In this document: in pieces, positions 41,744 through 50,606 of the stretch
How positions within the stretch are numbered: position 1 is the stretch's first letter
Layout: the number at the start of each line of letters is the position of its first letter
Source of the DNA: Egibacteraceae bacterium
GTDB lineage: Bacteria > Actinomycetota > Nitriliruptoria > Euzebyales > Egibacteraceae
Assembly (NCBI GenBank): GCA_035513815.1
Contig: DATKBU010000104.1
Location: 1 to 52,610 of the forward strand
Length of the DNA stretch: 52,610 bases
Direction of reading: 5' to 3'
The notes under the pieces: model-generated
Seen by the model: only the letters and a program-made list of their open reading frames with translations
Told to the model about the DNA's origin: nothing
Databases searched by the model: none
Translations under genes and position numbers: made by a program

Positions 41744-43018
41744 ATGGCGAGCTCAGAAGAGCTGTTCAGTCGTGCCCGGCGCGTCATCCCGGGTGGGGTG
41801 AACTCGCCGGTTCGCGCGTTCCGCGGCGTCGGCGGCGTCCCGCGCTTCATCGCCGGCGCCGAAGGGGCGATGCTGACCGATGTCGACGGTCGCTCCTACA
41901 TCGACTACGTCATGAGCTGGGGGCCGCTGATCCTCGGCCACCGGCATCCCGCGGTCACCGAGGCGGCCGCCGAGGCGCTGCGGCGCGGCTCCAGCTACGG
42001 GGCGCCGACCGCCGCGGAGGTTGAGCTGGCTGAAGTCATCGCGGCCGCCGTGCCGGGCGTGGAGATGGTGCGCTGCGTCTCCAGCGGGACCGAGGCGACC
42101 ATGACCGCGATCCGGCTGGCCCGCGCGGCCACCGGCCGCGACCGCATCGTCAAGTTCGCGGGGCACTATCACGGCCACGCGGACGCGCTGCTGGCCGCCG
42201 CCGGCAGCGGCGTGGCGACGCTGGGCCTGCCCGATTCTCCGGGCGTCACGGCGCGGGGCGCGGCGGACACGATCGTGGCCGAGTGGAATGACCCGGAGGG
42301 GATCAGCGCGGTCTTCGAGGACGCAGGGGGGCAGATCGCCGCCGTGATCTGCGAGCCGGTCGCCGCGAACATGGGCGTCGTGCCCGCCCAGGACGGATTC
42401 CTGGAGCTGCTGCGCGATCTCACCGCCCGCCACGGCGCGCTGCTCATCGCCGACGAGGTCCTGACCGGCTTCCGCGTGGCCTTGGCGGGCGCGGCCGCCC
42501 GTCGCGGGATCGCACCCGACCTCATCACGCTGGGGAAGGTCGTCGGCGCGGGGTTTCCGCTCGCGGCGCTCGGCGGACCGGCTGACCTGATGCGCCGGCT
42601 GGCGCCTGAGGGCGCGGTGTATCAGGCGGGGACCCTCAGCGGGAACCCTGTCGCCGTGGCTGCCGGGCTCGCGCAGCTGCGCCTGCTGGGCGACGACGTC
42701 TACGCGCGGCTTGAGGAACTGGCCGATCGTCTCATCGCAGGGTTCGGGAAGGCGTTCGCGCGCGCCGGAGTGCCGGCCGTGATCCAGCGGGAGGCGAGCC
42801 TGTTCAGCGTGTTCTTCGCCGAGGATCCGGTGCGCGGCTATCCCGACGCCAAGCAAGCCGATCATGAGCGCTACGCGCAGTTCTTCCACGGGATGCTGGA
42901 GCGCGGCGTGTATCTGCCGCCATCCGGCTACGAGGCCCTGTTCCTCAGCGCAGCCCACTCCGCCGAGCACATCGACGCCACCATCGCCGCCGCCGAGGAG
43001 GTCGCGGCCGGCTTGTAG
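41744..43018 (+). CDS. hemL: Glutamate-1-semialdehyde 2,1-aminomutase
   Basis: LFSRARRVIPGGVNSPVRAF, SGTEATMTAIRLAR, ADEVLTGFR, and PLP Lys in TLGKVVGAG. Confidence 0.92.
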   Translation: MASSEELFSRARRVIPGGVNSPVRAFRGVGGVPRFIAGAEGAMLTDVDGRSYIDYVMSWGPLILGHRHPAVTEAAAEALRRGSSYGAPTAAEVELAEVIAAAVPGVEMVRCVSSGTEATMTAIRLARAATGRDRIVKFAGHYHGHADALLAAAGSGVATLGLPDSPGVTARGAADTIVAEWNDPEGISAVFEDAGGQIAAVICEPVAANMGVVPAQDGFLELLRDLTARHGALLIADEVLTGFRVALAGAAARRGIAPDLITLGKVVGAGFPLAALGGPADLMRRLAPEGAVYQAGTLSGNPVAVAAGLAQLRLLGDDVYARLEELADRLIAGFGKAFARAGVPAVIQREASLFSVFFAEDPVRGYPDAKQADHERYAQFFHGMLERGVYLPPSGYEALFLSAAHSAEHIDATIAAAEEVAAGL

Positions 43019-43097
43019 CGCCAGCCGCGGGGCGCGTGGGGACCCGGCGCGCGCCTCACGCTGACCGCCGGTCCTCGGGCGCCGGTAAGGTGGGCAG

Positions 43098-43763
43098 GTG
43101 AGCGGGTCCGATCGAGGGGCTGACGCCCCGACTGCGGAGGCGGAGAGCGAGGGCGCGTCCGCTGCCGCCTGGCGGACGGCCGCCATCGCAGGCGCCGCAG
43201 CGATCGCTCTGCTGGTCGCGGTCGTGCTGCTGGTCGCCGAGCGGAGCGCCGACGGGATTCCGGCGGGCGCCGAGCCCCTCCCCGGGGCAACGCCGGGGCT
43301 GCTCGGCGAGCGCCCCCGGCCCGACGACGCCCGCCCGCTGCCGCCCGTGGTCCTCGACGGGTTCGCCGACGGCGACCAGGTCGATGTGCTGGCCTACCGT
43401 GGTCGCCCTCTGGTGGTGAACTTCTGGGCCAGCTGGTGCGGTCCCTGCGTGGAGGAGATGCCCGACTTCGAGCAGGTGGGCACAGAGCTGGCGGGCCAGG
43501 TGGCGATGCTCGGCGTCAATGTGCGGGATGCGCCCGGGCAGGCGCAGCGCTTCGCCGAGGAGGCGGGCGTCACCTATGACCTCGCGGTCGACGCCGACCG
43601 CGAGCTTGAGATCGGCGTCGGGGTGTTCGGGCTGCCGACCACCCTGTTCGTGGACGCCGACGGCACCATCGTCCTGCACCACACCGGTCCGCTGAACGCC
43701 GAGCAGCTGCGCGGCCTCATCGCCGAGCGGCTCGGAGCCAGCGCCGCCGATCGGCCCGCCTAG
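43098..43763 (+). CDS. TlpA/ResA-family thiol:disulfide oxidoreductase (membrane-anchored)
   Basis: GTG start and an N-terminal TM helix (AIAGAAAIALLVAVVLLV). VVNFWASWCGPCVEEMP. Confidence 0.8.
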   Translation: MSGSDRGADAPTAEAESEGASAAAWRTAAIAGAAAIALLVAVVLLVAERSADGIPAGAEPLPGATPGLLGERPRPDDARPLPPVVLDGFADGDQVDVLAYRGRPLVVNFWASWCGPCVEEMPDFEQVGTELAGQVAMLGVNVRDAPGQAQRFAEEAGVTYDLAVDADRELEIGVGVFGLPTTLFVDADGTIVLHHTGPLNAEQLRGLIAERLGASAADRPA

Positions 43764-43909
43764 CGCATTGCAGCCGGTCCGCAGCCGTCCGCGCAGTTGG
43801 CGGCGCCGCGCCCCCCCCGGTACAGTTGGCGCCACGCGGGGACGGGCGTCAAAGCCCGCTGCGACGCTGGTCACGACACTGATCGGACCGAGGAAAGGGC
43901 AGACGGACC

Positions 43910-44368
43910 GTGGGCGAGTTCTTCCGGGCGATACCCGAGGTCTTCGCCGCGCTCTGGCGCTTCATGGACACGTGGCGCGGCCTGGGCGTGACGGTCGGCA
44001 GCCTGGTCCTCATCGTGGTCTTCACCGGCGGAGCGGTCCGCCTGCGGACCTCCTACGGCTGGGTGTCGGCCATTCTGGGCGCCATGGCCGCGACGCTCGT
44101 CGCCTGGTGGGTGTTCGGGATCATCCCGTCCGCTTGGATCTACTTCGCCGATGCCGAGCGGGATCTCCTCGGAGGGCGGGTCATACCAAACGCGCTCGAC
44201 CCGGTCGCTGCGAACTTCTATCAGGTGTTCCGCGACAGCGTCGCCATGGCGGAGATCACCGTCGCGATGGGCGCGTCCATCGTGGCGGCGCTGTGGATCC
44301 AGAAGCGCTATTCGCGGTCGCTCGCGGACGGCGAGGAGAAGGGCCCGGCTACGGGCGGCTACAAGTAG
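43910..44368 (+). CDS. Hypothetical membrane protein heading the Rieske/cyt b gene cluster
   Basis: 152 aa. The GTG start follows GAGGAAAGGG. 3-4 TM helices. I recognise no family. Confidence 0.5.
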   Translation: MGEFFRAIPEVFAALWRFMDTWRGLGVTVGSLVLIVVFTGGAVRLRTSYGWVSAILGAMAATLVAWWVFGIIPSAWIYFADAERDLLGGRVIPNALDPVAANFYQVFRDSVAMAEITVAMGASIVAALWIQKRYSRSLADGEEKGPATGGYK

Positions 44369-44419
44369 CGTCGCGGGGGCCGCAGCAGCTGCCCCGCCGA
44401 GACCACGTCAGGACGCAGG

Positions 44420-44767
44420 ATGGGCAAGACGGACCAGGGACTGCACCCGGAGATCTTCGATGACTACCGGGTCGAGACCGTTGATCCGAGCTGGCTCCAG
44501 GAGCGCGTCAAGCCAAAGCGGCACATCGGCCTGACCCCAGAGCTGTGCATCTTGTGCCGGGCTTGCGAGGACGTCTGCCCGTGGGAGTGCATCTTCATGC
44601 TGGCGCCGAACATCATCGCCGACGCCGAGACGACGCAGGTCATGACGCTGGCGAATACGGCTGAAGCGATCTTCGTGATCGACGACAACGAATGCACGCG
44701 CTGCGCGATCTGCGTCGAGCGCTGCCCGTCCGACGCCCTGTGGCTCGGCCGGGTCGACAGCAACTAA
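44420..44767 (+). CDS. 2x[4Fe-4S] ferredoxin-domain protein
   Basis: CILCRACEDVCP and CTRCAICVERCP are two CxxCxxCxxxCP motifs in 115 aa. Confidence 0.78.
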   Translation: MGKTDQGLHPEIFDDYRVETVDPSWLQERVKPKRHIGLTPELCILCRACEDVCPWECIFMLAPNIIADAETTQVMTLANTAEAIFVIDDNECTRCAICVERCPSDALWLGRVDSN

Positions 44768-44781
44768 CCGAAGGGTTGTAG

Positions 44782-45564
44782 GTGGCCAGGCTCCCGTCTC
44801 TCCGCCCTCCGGCGCCCGACGAGCTCAAAAAGCGGGTCCAGGACAACGTCATCTGGAAGTCGATCTTCCGGCCGGGTTCGATCTATCGGAAGGGCTATCG
44901 CGACACGTCCCGTGATCGGGCGCTGGCCGCGATGAACAATGTGCTGTACCACCTGCACCCGGTGAAGGTGAAGCGCCACGGCCTCAAGCTGACCTACACC
45001 TACTGCCTGGGAGGGCTGAGCTTCTTTCTGTTCATCCTCCTGACCGTCACGGGCATCTTCCTGATGTTCTTCTACCGGCCTGCCGCGGGCGCCGGCGCCG
45101 AGCACGCCTACCTGGACATGGTCCGCCTCCGGGACACGGTCGTGTTCGGCGATTTCGTGAGGAACATGCATCGCTGGGCCGCCCACTTGATGGTGTTCAC
45201 CGTGTTCCTGCACATGGCGCGCGTCTTCTATCACGGCGCCTACAAGCCCCCGCGCGAGTTCAACTGGGTTGTCGGCGTGATCCTGCTGTTGCTGACGCTC
45301 CTGCTCGCTTTCAGCGGGTATCTGCTCCCATGGGATCAGCTGGCGCTGTGGGCCTTCACCGTCGGCACTGCGATGGCCGGGTTCACGCCCGTGTTCGGGC
45401 GAGAGGTCTCGTTCGTGCTGCTCGGGGGCGTGGAGATCGGCCCCGAGACGCTGCTGCGCTGGTACGTGCTGCATGTGCTCGCCCTGCCGTTCATCCTCAC
45501 CATCTTCCTTGCTGTCCACTTCTGGAGGATTCGCAAGGACGGCGGCATCTCCGGCCCGCTGTAG
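44782..45564 (+). CDS. Cytochrome b6-type protein (N-terminal half of cytochrome b)
   Basis: YCLGG (the position of the haem ci Cys). Helix B is HRWAAHLMVFTVFLH (His-13-His). Helix D is HVLALPFILTIFLAVH (His-14-His, b6/Firmicutes-type spacing). The ORF ends after helix D. Confidence 0.85.
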   Translation: MARLPSLRPPAPDELKKRVQDNVIWKSIFRPGSIYRKGYRDTSRDRALAAMNNVLYHLHPVKVKRHGLKLTYTYCLGGLSFFLFILLTVTGIFLMFFYRPAAGAGAEHAYLDMVRLRDTVVFGDFVRNMHRWAAHLMVFTVFLHMARVFYHGAYKPPREFNWVVGVILLLLTLLLAFSGYLLPWDQLALWAFTVGTAMAGFTPVFGREVSFVLLGGVEIGPETLLRWYVLHVLALPFILTIFLAVHFWRIRKDGGISGPL

Positions 45565-45596
45565 CCGCGGCAGCAGGCTGATATAAGGAGCGCGTC

Positions 45597-46442
45597 ATGG
45601 CCGAAGAAGTTGAGATGGACCAGAAGGTCTACGACGAGCTGATCGCTGCGGGCAAGAGCGAGCGGATCGCACGGGCGAAGGCGAAGGCGGCGGCGGTTCG
45701 GGCCAAGAAGGCCGCAGCAGGCGAGACGCTCGGGCCGCGCGAGGCGTCAGCCGCAGAGGACCGCCCCACCGCGGCCGCCGAGGGCGGCGGCGAGACCGTC
45801 GCAGGCGGGGGGGTCGCCACCAAGGAGCGCACTGGCGGCGGCGCGCTGACACCGGAGGAGCGGCAGGCCAGGGTGGCCGCGGCGCTCAAGGAGCGCGGCA
45901 ACGGCGAGGCCGCCGGATCCGCGGAGACGAAGCTCGCCGGTCAGGCGCACACGCACCGCCTGCTCGCGATGGTTCCTCCCACGGGGATCCAGCAGATCCG
46001 CGGCAAGCAGGAGGACAAGGTCTACACCTGGCCGCACCTCCTCGGCGCTGAGCTCATCGCCCTGCTGAGCCTGATGGCCTTTCTCACGCTGTTCTCGGCC
46101 GTGGTGCCCGCGCCACTGCAGCCACTCGCGAACCCGAACGTCACGCCCAACCCGTCCAAGGCCCCTTGGTACTTCCTGGGACTCCAGGAGCTCCTGCGCT
46201 TCTTCCACCCGATGGTGGCCGGCGTGATCATCCCCGGCGTCGTCGGCCTGCTCGGCCTCATGGCGATCCCGTACGTGGACAAGAATCCGTCAGTTCGCCC
46301 GGAGAACCGCAAGACGGCATACACGCTTTTCACCTTCTTCATGCTCGGATCCGGGATCCTGACGCTGATCGGTTCGCTGTTCCGCGGACCCGGCCAGAAC
46401 TGGGTGTGGCCGTGGGTCGACGGCATCTGGTTCACCTTGTAG
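45597..46442 (+). CDS. Cytochrome b C-terminal half / subunit IV-like protein with ~130-aa Ala/Lys/Glu-rich N-extension
   Basis: AAGGAG SD. VYTWPHLL..., then PNPSKAPWYFLGLQELL (counterpart of the PEWY loop), then two more TM helices. Confidence 0.78.
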   Translation: MAEEVEMDQKVYDELIAAGKSERIARAKAKAAAVRAKKAAAGETLGPREASAAEDRPTAAAEGGGETVAGGGVATKERTGGGALTPEERQARVAAALKERGNGEAAGSAETKLAGQAHTHRLLAMVPPTGIQQIRGKQEDKVYTWPHLLGAELIALLSLMAFLTLFSAVVPAPLQPLANPNVTPNPSKAPWYFLGLQELLRFFHPMVAGVIIPGVVGLLGLMAIPYVDKNPSVRPENRKTAYTLFTFFMLGSGILTLIGSLFRGPGQNWVWPWVDGIWFTL

Positions 46443-46454
46443 ACAGGCCTGCGA

Positions 46455-47276
46455 GTGATATCGATGACAACGATGATTCTCGGATTCGCGGCAGTTGCCG
46501 CGGCGCTGACGGCGGTCGCGTGGTGGATCCGCCGGGAGAATCTGGCGGTCTACCCCGTCGGGCGCAGCCCGCGTGAGCTGCGCCCCCTGCCAGCAGGCTG
46601 CGACCTCGGCGCGCAGCTGATGGCCGCTGCCGACGTGGGGAAGGATTCGTCGGGCTCCGCTGGGTCTGCAGGCGGCGCTGCCGCGTCTGAGCCTGCCCCG
46701 GCGAAGCCCACGAAGCAGCGGCGCAAGCCCTTCAGCCCAGACCGACGCGCGTTTCTCAGGAACAGCTGGCTGTTCGGGTGGCTTGGAACGCTGGCCGGCT
46801 TTGGGGGAGCGTCGATCGCGTTCCTGTGGCCGGACGCCGCGGGCGGCTTCGGCGCCCGGATACGAGTCGGCCCGCCAGAGGACGTGCTCAGCGCCATCCG
46901 CGAGGCCCAGGCGCCGTTCGCGTTCCCGGCGGGGCGCATGTACATCGTCGAGTACGATCCCGCGCTCGACCCCGACGGCCAGTACGAGGAGATCACCGGC
47001 GGCAGCAACCTCATGGCGCTGTATCAGAAGTGCGTGCACCTTGGCTGCAAGGTTCCCTGGTGCCAGACCTCGCAGTGGTTCGAGTGCCCGTGCCACGGCT
47101 CGCGCTACAACCGCTGGGGAGAGTGGAAGGACGGGCCTGCGCCGCGCGGGCTGGACCGGTTCCCGATCACGGTCGAGCAAGGCGAGGTCTTCGTCAACAC
47201 CGGCGATCTGCGGACCGGCCCGTCGCGCCAGGCGGTGGTGCTAGACCAGGAGCGGGAAGGCCCCAGCTGCCTGTAG
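46455..47276 (+). CDS. Rieske [2Fe-2S] subunit
   Basis: CVHLGC ... CPCHGSRY boxes. An internal twin-arginine motif (SPDRRAFLRNSW) follows a first TM helix, as in actinobacterial QcrA. Confidence 0.85.
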   Translation: MISMTTMILGFAAVAAALTAVAWWIRRENLAVYPVGRSPRELRPLPAGCDLGAQLMAAADVGKDSSGSAGSAGGAAASEPAPAKPTKQRRKPFSPDRRAFLRNSWLFGWLGTLAGFGGASIAFLWPDAAGGFGARIRVGPPEDVLSAIREAQAPFAFPAGRMYIVEYDPALDPDGQYEEITGGSNLMALYQKCVHLGCKVPWCQTSQWFECPCHGSRYNRWGEWKDGPAPRGLDRFPITVEQGEVFVNTGDLRTGPSRQAVVLDQEREGPSCL

Positions 47277-47312
47277 GTCCCAGGCGCTTCGAGCAGGAGA
47301 AGGATCACACTA

Positions 47313-48386
47313 GTGACCACCACAGGAGCAGCGGTTCTCGTTCTCGCCCTCGCGGCGGTGGCGGTCATCGCCTATCTGATCGTCAGCGCGGGCCGCGGCC
47401 GGCGCCTGCGCGAAGACATCCCCCCGGGCATGCGCCCGGCTTACTCCGACGAGCAGCTCGAGCGCAGCGTGATCGAGCGCTACATGGCCTGGGGGCTGGT
47501 GCTGACGCTGTTCTTCGCCGTGTTCCTGCCGGTGTACGGAATCGCCGAGGCGCGCAGGATCCAGGGCCAGCGGGAGGGCATGTTCGTCGCCACCGTGGAG
47601 CGCGGTGCTGTGGCGTACGGGCAGTACTGCGCGCTGTGCCACGCGGCGGACCTCAGCGGAGGGTCCACCGCTTCTCCCTATCGCGCGGTCGACGATGGCG
47701 ACGCAACGGCGGACGAGGGCGAGGAAGCGGCCGGCGAAGACGCCGCGCCCGCTGCGCCGGATCAATGGCCGGTGCCGGCGCTGAACGACATCGTGGCCCG
47801 GTATGAGGGCAGCGACGTCATCACCGATGTCGAGGATCTTGTCCGGACGACGATCACGCGCGGCCGGCCGGGGACGCCGATGCCCACCTGGGGATCGCAG
47901 TTCGATGGCCCGCTGAATGACCAGGAGATCGAGGACATCGTCCGCTTCATCCTGGACAACCAGATTGATGAGGTGGCCGAGGCCACGTCGGCTTCGGACC
48001 TCTCCGGCCAGGAGCTGTTCATCCAGAACTGCGCCCAGTGCCATGGCGCCGAGCTCCAGGGCGAGGTTGGGCCGACTCTGGTGGGAGTCTTCGAGCGCCA
48101 CGGGCGCGACACCGTGCTGGGCATCGTGCGCAACGGGATCTACGTCGGGGCCGCGCCGATGATGCCGCCGTGGCAGAACGGCTACCTCTACCCCGAGGCG
48201 CGCTACACCGATGAGGCGCTGGAGCGGATCGTGGACTATCTCGCTGAGCAGCAGCCCGCGACGATCCCCGAGCGGCTGCGCGGATATCAGGGGCCTGGAA
48301 TGACGCTTGAGGAGCGGCAGCCGCAAGCGGACAGCACCGAGCCGGCGCAGGAGGCGGCCGCCGCAGGCCGCCGCGCGGCCGGTTGA
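47313..48386 (+). CDS. Membrane-anchored dihaem c-type cytochrome
   Basis: Two CxxCH motifs (CALCHAA, CAQCHGA), two N-terminal TM helices, and a GCAGGAGAAGGA SD. Confidence 0.8.
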   Translation: MTTTGAAVLVLALAAVAVIAYLIVSAGRGRRLREDIPPGMRPAYSDEQLERSVIERYMAWGLVLTLFFAVFLPVYGIAEARRIQGQREGMFVATVERGAVAYGQYCALCHAADLSGGSTASPYRAVDDGDATADEGEEAAGEDAAPAAPDQWPVPALNDIVARYEGSDVITDVEDLVRTTITRGRPGTPMPTWGSQFDGPLNDQEIEDIVRFILDNQIDEVAEATSASDLSGQELFIQNCAQCHGAELQGEVGPTLVGVFERHGRDTVLGIVRNGIYVGAAPMMPPWQNGYLYPEARYTDEALERIVDYLAEQQPATIPERLRGYQGPGMTLEERQPQADSTEPAQEAAAAGRRAAG

Positions 48387-48403
48387 CACGAGGAGCTTGG
48401 GTC

Positions 48404-49243
48404 ATGTCGCTGGATCTGCTGGGACTGGTGCTACTCGCTGTTGAGGAGGCCAGCCACGAATGGGTCCCCCCGTGGGACTGGCGCGCGCAGGTCGCGCTGC
48501 CGGCAGGGCTGCTGATCTTCTTCGGCAGCGTTTTCCTGCTGCTGCGATCCAACCTGGGCGCTCGACGCGCCTACCTGGTGGAGGCGACGTCGTTCTTCGG
48601 ATTCATGATCATCCTGGCGCTGTTCTGGACCTTCGGGGCGCCGGGCACGCCGATCGCGACCGGTCCTATCACCTTGCCCGGCCAGCCGCTGGACGCCTAC
48701 CAGCCGACGTGGACGCCGTTCGCGGGCGACAGCGTCATTGCCGAGGACGAGCGGTTCGTCACCGCGAAAACGTTCCCGGAGGGCTGGACCGAGGTGCCCG
48801 ACGCGTTCGCCGCCCAAGCCGACACCGGAGTCCAGGAGATCCAGTCGTTCTTCGGCGAGCAGGAGGCCGGCAGCCGCATCCCGGCCACCTGGGTTCCCGT
48901 CGGGGACACCGTGCGGTACCGCGAGGCGACCAACGGGTTCCCGATGATCTCGGCGGAGTTCAAGGAGTCCTATCAGCCCAACGCCGACGGCAGCCTTCCC
49001 GAAGGCGTATCCGAGACCCAGATCGGCCAGCCGATCCCCGACGGCGCCACGTTCCGTGCCTTCGCTTTCTTCGACGCCGGCAACATCCAGTTCCCCAGCA
49101 TCGTGATGCTGGCGGTCATGACCGTCGCCTTCCTGATCCACCTGGCGCTGCTGGCCCTCGACGAGCGCCGCGAGCAGCGTGAGCTGGCGGAAGATGCGGC
49201 GCACGTCGCCGAGGAGCGCGAGCGCGTTTCCGCCGAGGCCTAG
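48404..49243 (+). CDS. Hypothetical membrane protein (3 N-terminal TM, ~170-aa extracytoplasmic domain, C-terminal TM)
   Basis: The ATG at 48404 follows GAGGAG (the track start at 48383 is TTG). It immediately follows the cytochrome c gene. I recognise no family. Confidence 0.5.
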   Translation: MSLDLLGLVLLAVEEASHEWVPPWDWRAQVALPAGLLIFFGSVFLLLRSNLGARRAYLVEATSFFGFMIILALFWTFGAPGTPIATGPITLPGQPLDAYQPTWTPFAGDSVIAEDERFVTAKTFPEGWTEVPDAFAAQADTGVQEIQSFFGEQEAGSRIPATWVPVGDTVRYREATNGFPMISAEFKESYQPNADGSLPEGVSETQIGQPIPDGATFRAFAFFDAGNIQFPSIVMLAVMTVAFLIHLALLALDERREQRELAEDAAHVAEERERVSAEA

Positions 49244-49313
49244 CGTTCCTGCAGCGGCCTCGGGGCTGGGCTGGCCCCGCCTGCGGCGAACGCCCGCGCC
49301 GGCGGACCTTACT

Positions 49314-49844
49314 ATGGCTGGAATGCGCGAAGCCCTGGTCCTGCTCTTGCTCGCGCTCACGGCGTGTGTGAGCGACACCGCTGCGGCGGGCGTGGTGATC
49401 CCCCCGGCCGAGCGCGAGCCTGCCCCCGACGTGGCGGGCGTGACGCTTCAAGGTGACCAGCTGGCACTGGAGGATCTCGACGGCGTCGTCCTGGTCAACT
49501 TCTGGGCCTCATGGTGCGGTCCGTGCGTCGCCGAGGTGCCCCATCTGTCGGCGGTCGCCACCGAGTTCGCCGATGAAGGCGTGCACGTGCTCGGCGTGAA
49601 CATCAAAGACCAGCGCGCGAACGCTGTCGCGTTCGAGGCCGAGCACCGCGTGACCTACCCCTCGCTGCATGACGAGGCGGCGGTCGTCGCCGCGTCGTTC
49701 GGCGCCATCGGGCCGGCAGGGCTTCCCTCGACGATCATTCTCGACGCCGATCACAACGTGGCGGTCCGCCTGTTCGGCGCGGTCACCGCCCGCCAGCTGG
49801 TCCCGTACCTGCAGGATCTCCTGGCCGAGCCAGAGGCCGGCTAG
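49314..49844 (+). CDS. TlpA/ResA-family thiol:disulfide oxidoreductase, probable lipoprotein
   Basis: MAGMREALVLLLLALTAC (lipobox-like). LVNFWASWCGPCVAEVP. Paralogue of the gene at 43098-43763. Confidence 0.8.
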   Translation: MAGMREALVLLLLALTACVSDTAAAGVVIPPAEREPAPDVAGVTLQGDQLALEDLDGVVLVNFWASWCGPCVAEVPHLSAVATEFADEGVHVLGVNIKDQRANAVAFEAEHRVTYPSLHDEAAVVAASFGAIGPAGLPSTIILDADHNVAVRLFGAVTARQLVPYLQDLLAEPEAG

Positions 49845-50600
49845 ATGCAGGTCAGCGAGCTCATCACTAGCGCCAACCTCCTGGTCGCCGCTGCGGTGGC
49901 GTTCGCGGCCGGGCTGGTGTCGTTCGCGTCGCCCTGCGTCGTACCGCTGGTGCCCGGCTATCTGTCGTATATGACGGGCCTGTCCAGCGCAGAGCTCGCG
50001 GCCGGCGCTCGAACCGGTCGCGCGCGGGTCCTCGGCGGCGGCTTGCTGTTCACGCTCGGATTCGCGATCCCGATCACGCTGCTGGGCGTTGTGGGCGGGG
50101 CGCTGAACTTCATGCTGATGGACCGCGGCTGGCAGATCGCGATGGGCGCCGTCGTCGCGGTGATGGGGCTGGCCTTCACCGGACTGCTGCCGTTCGACAT
50201 CCTCGGGCGTGAGCGCCGGTTCAGCGACACGGCCATCGACCGGGGGGTCCTGGGCGCGCTTCCGCTCGGATTCATCTTCGGAGTCGGATGGACGCCATGC
50301 ATCGGCCCGGCGCTCGCTGCGATCCTCGCGCTGGCGGCCGGCGCGAGCGGCGGCCCGTCTCGCGGCGCGGCCCTGGCGTTCATCTACGCCCTGGGACTGG
50401 GCCTGCCGTTCATCGTGATGGGTCTGGCCTTTCACCGGGCAGAGCGCGCCTTCGGCTTTCTGCGGCGCAACGCGCGCGCGGTGCAGATCCTCGGCGGGCT
50501 GATGCTCACGGTGGTCGGGGTGCTGGTCGCGACGGGCTTCTGGACCCAGCTCATCCAGCGGCTGCAGCCGGTCATCGGCGGCTTTGAGACGGTGCTGTAA
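49845..50600 (+). CDS. ccdA: Cytochrome c biogenesis protein CcdA (DsbD-like transmembrane reductant transporter)
   Basis: [17 protein letters not shown] and WTPCIGP are the two conserved Cys-containing helices. Confidence 0.87.
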   Translation: MQVSELITSANLLVAAAVAFAAGLVSFASPCVVPLVPGYLSYMTGLSSAELAAGARTGRARVLGGGLLFTLGFAIPITLLGVVGGALNFMLMDRGWQIAMGAVVAVMGLAFTGLLPFDILGRERRFSDTAIDRGVLGALPLGFIFGVGWTPCIGPALAAILALAAGASGGPSRGAALAFIYALGLGLPFIVMGLAFHRAERAFGFLRRNARAVQILGGLMLTVVGVLVATGFWTQLIQRLQPVIGGFETVL

Positions 50601-50606
50601 GCCGCG

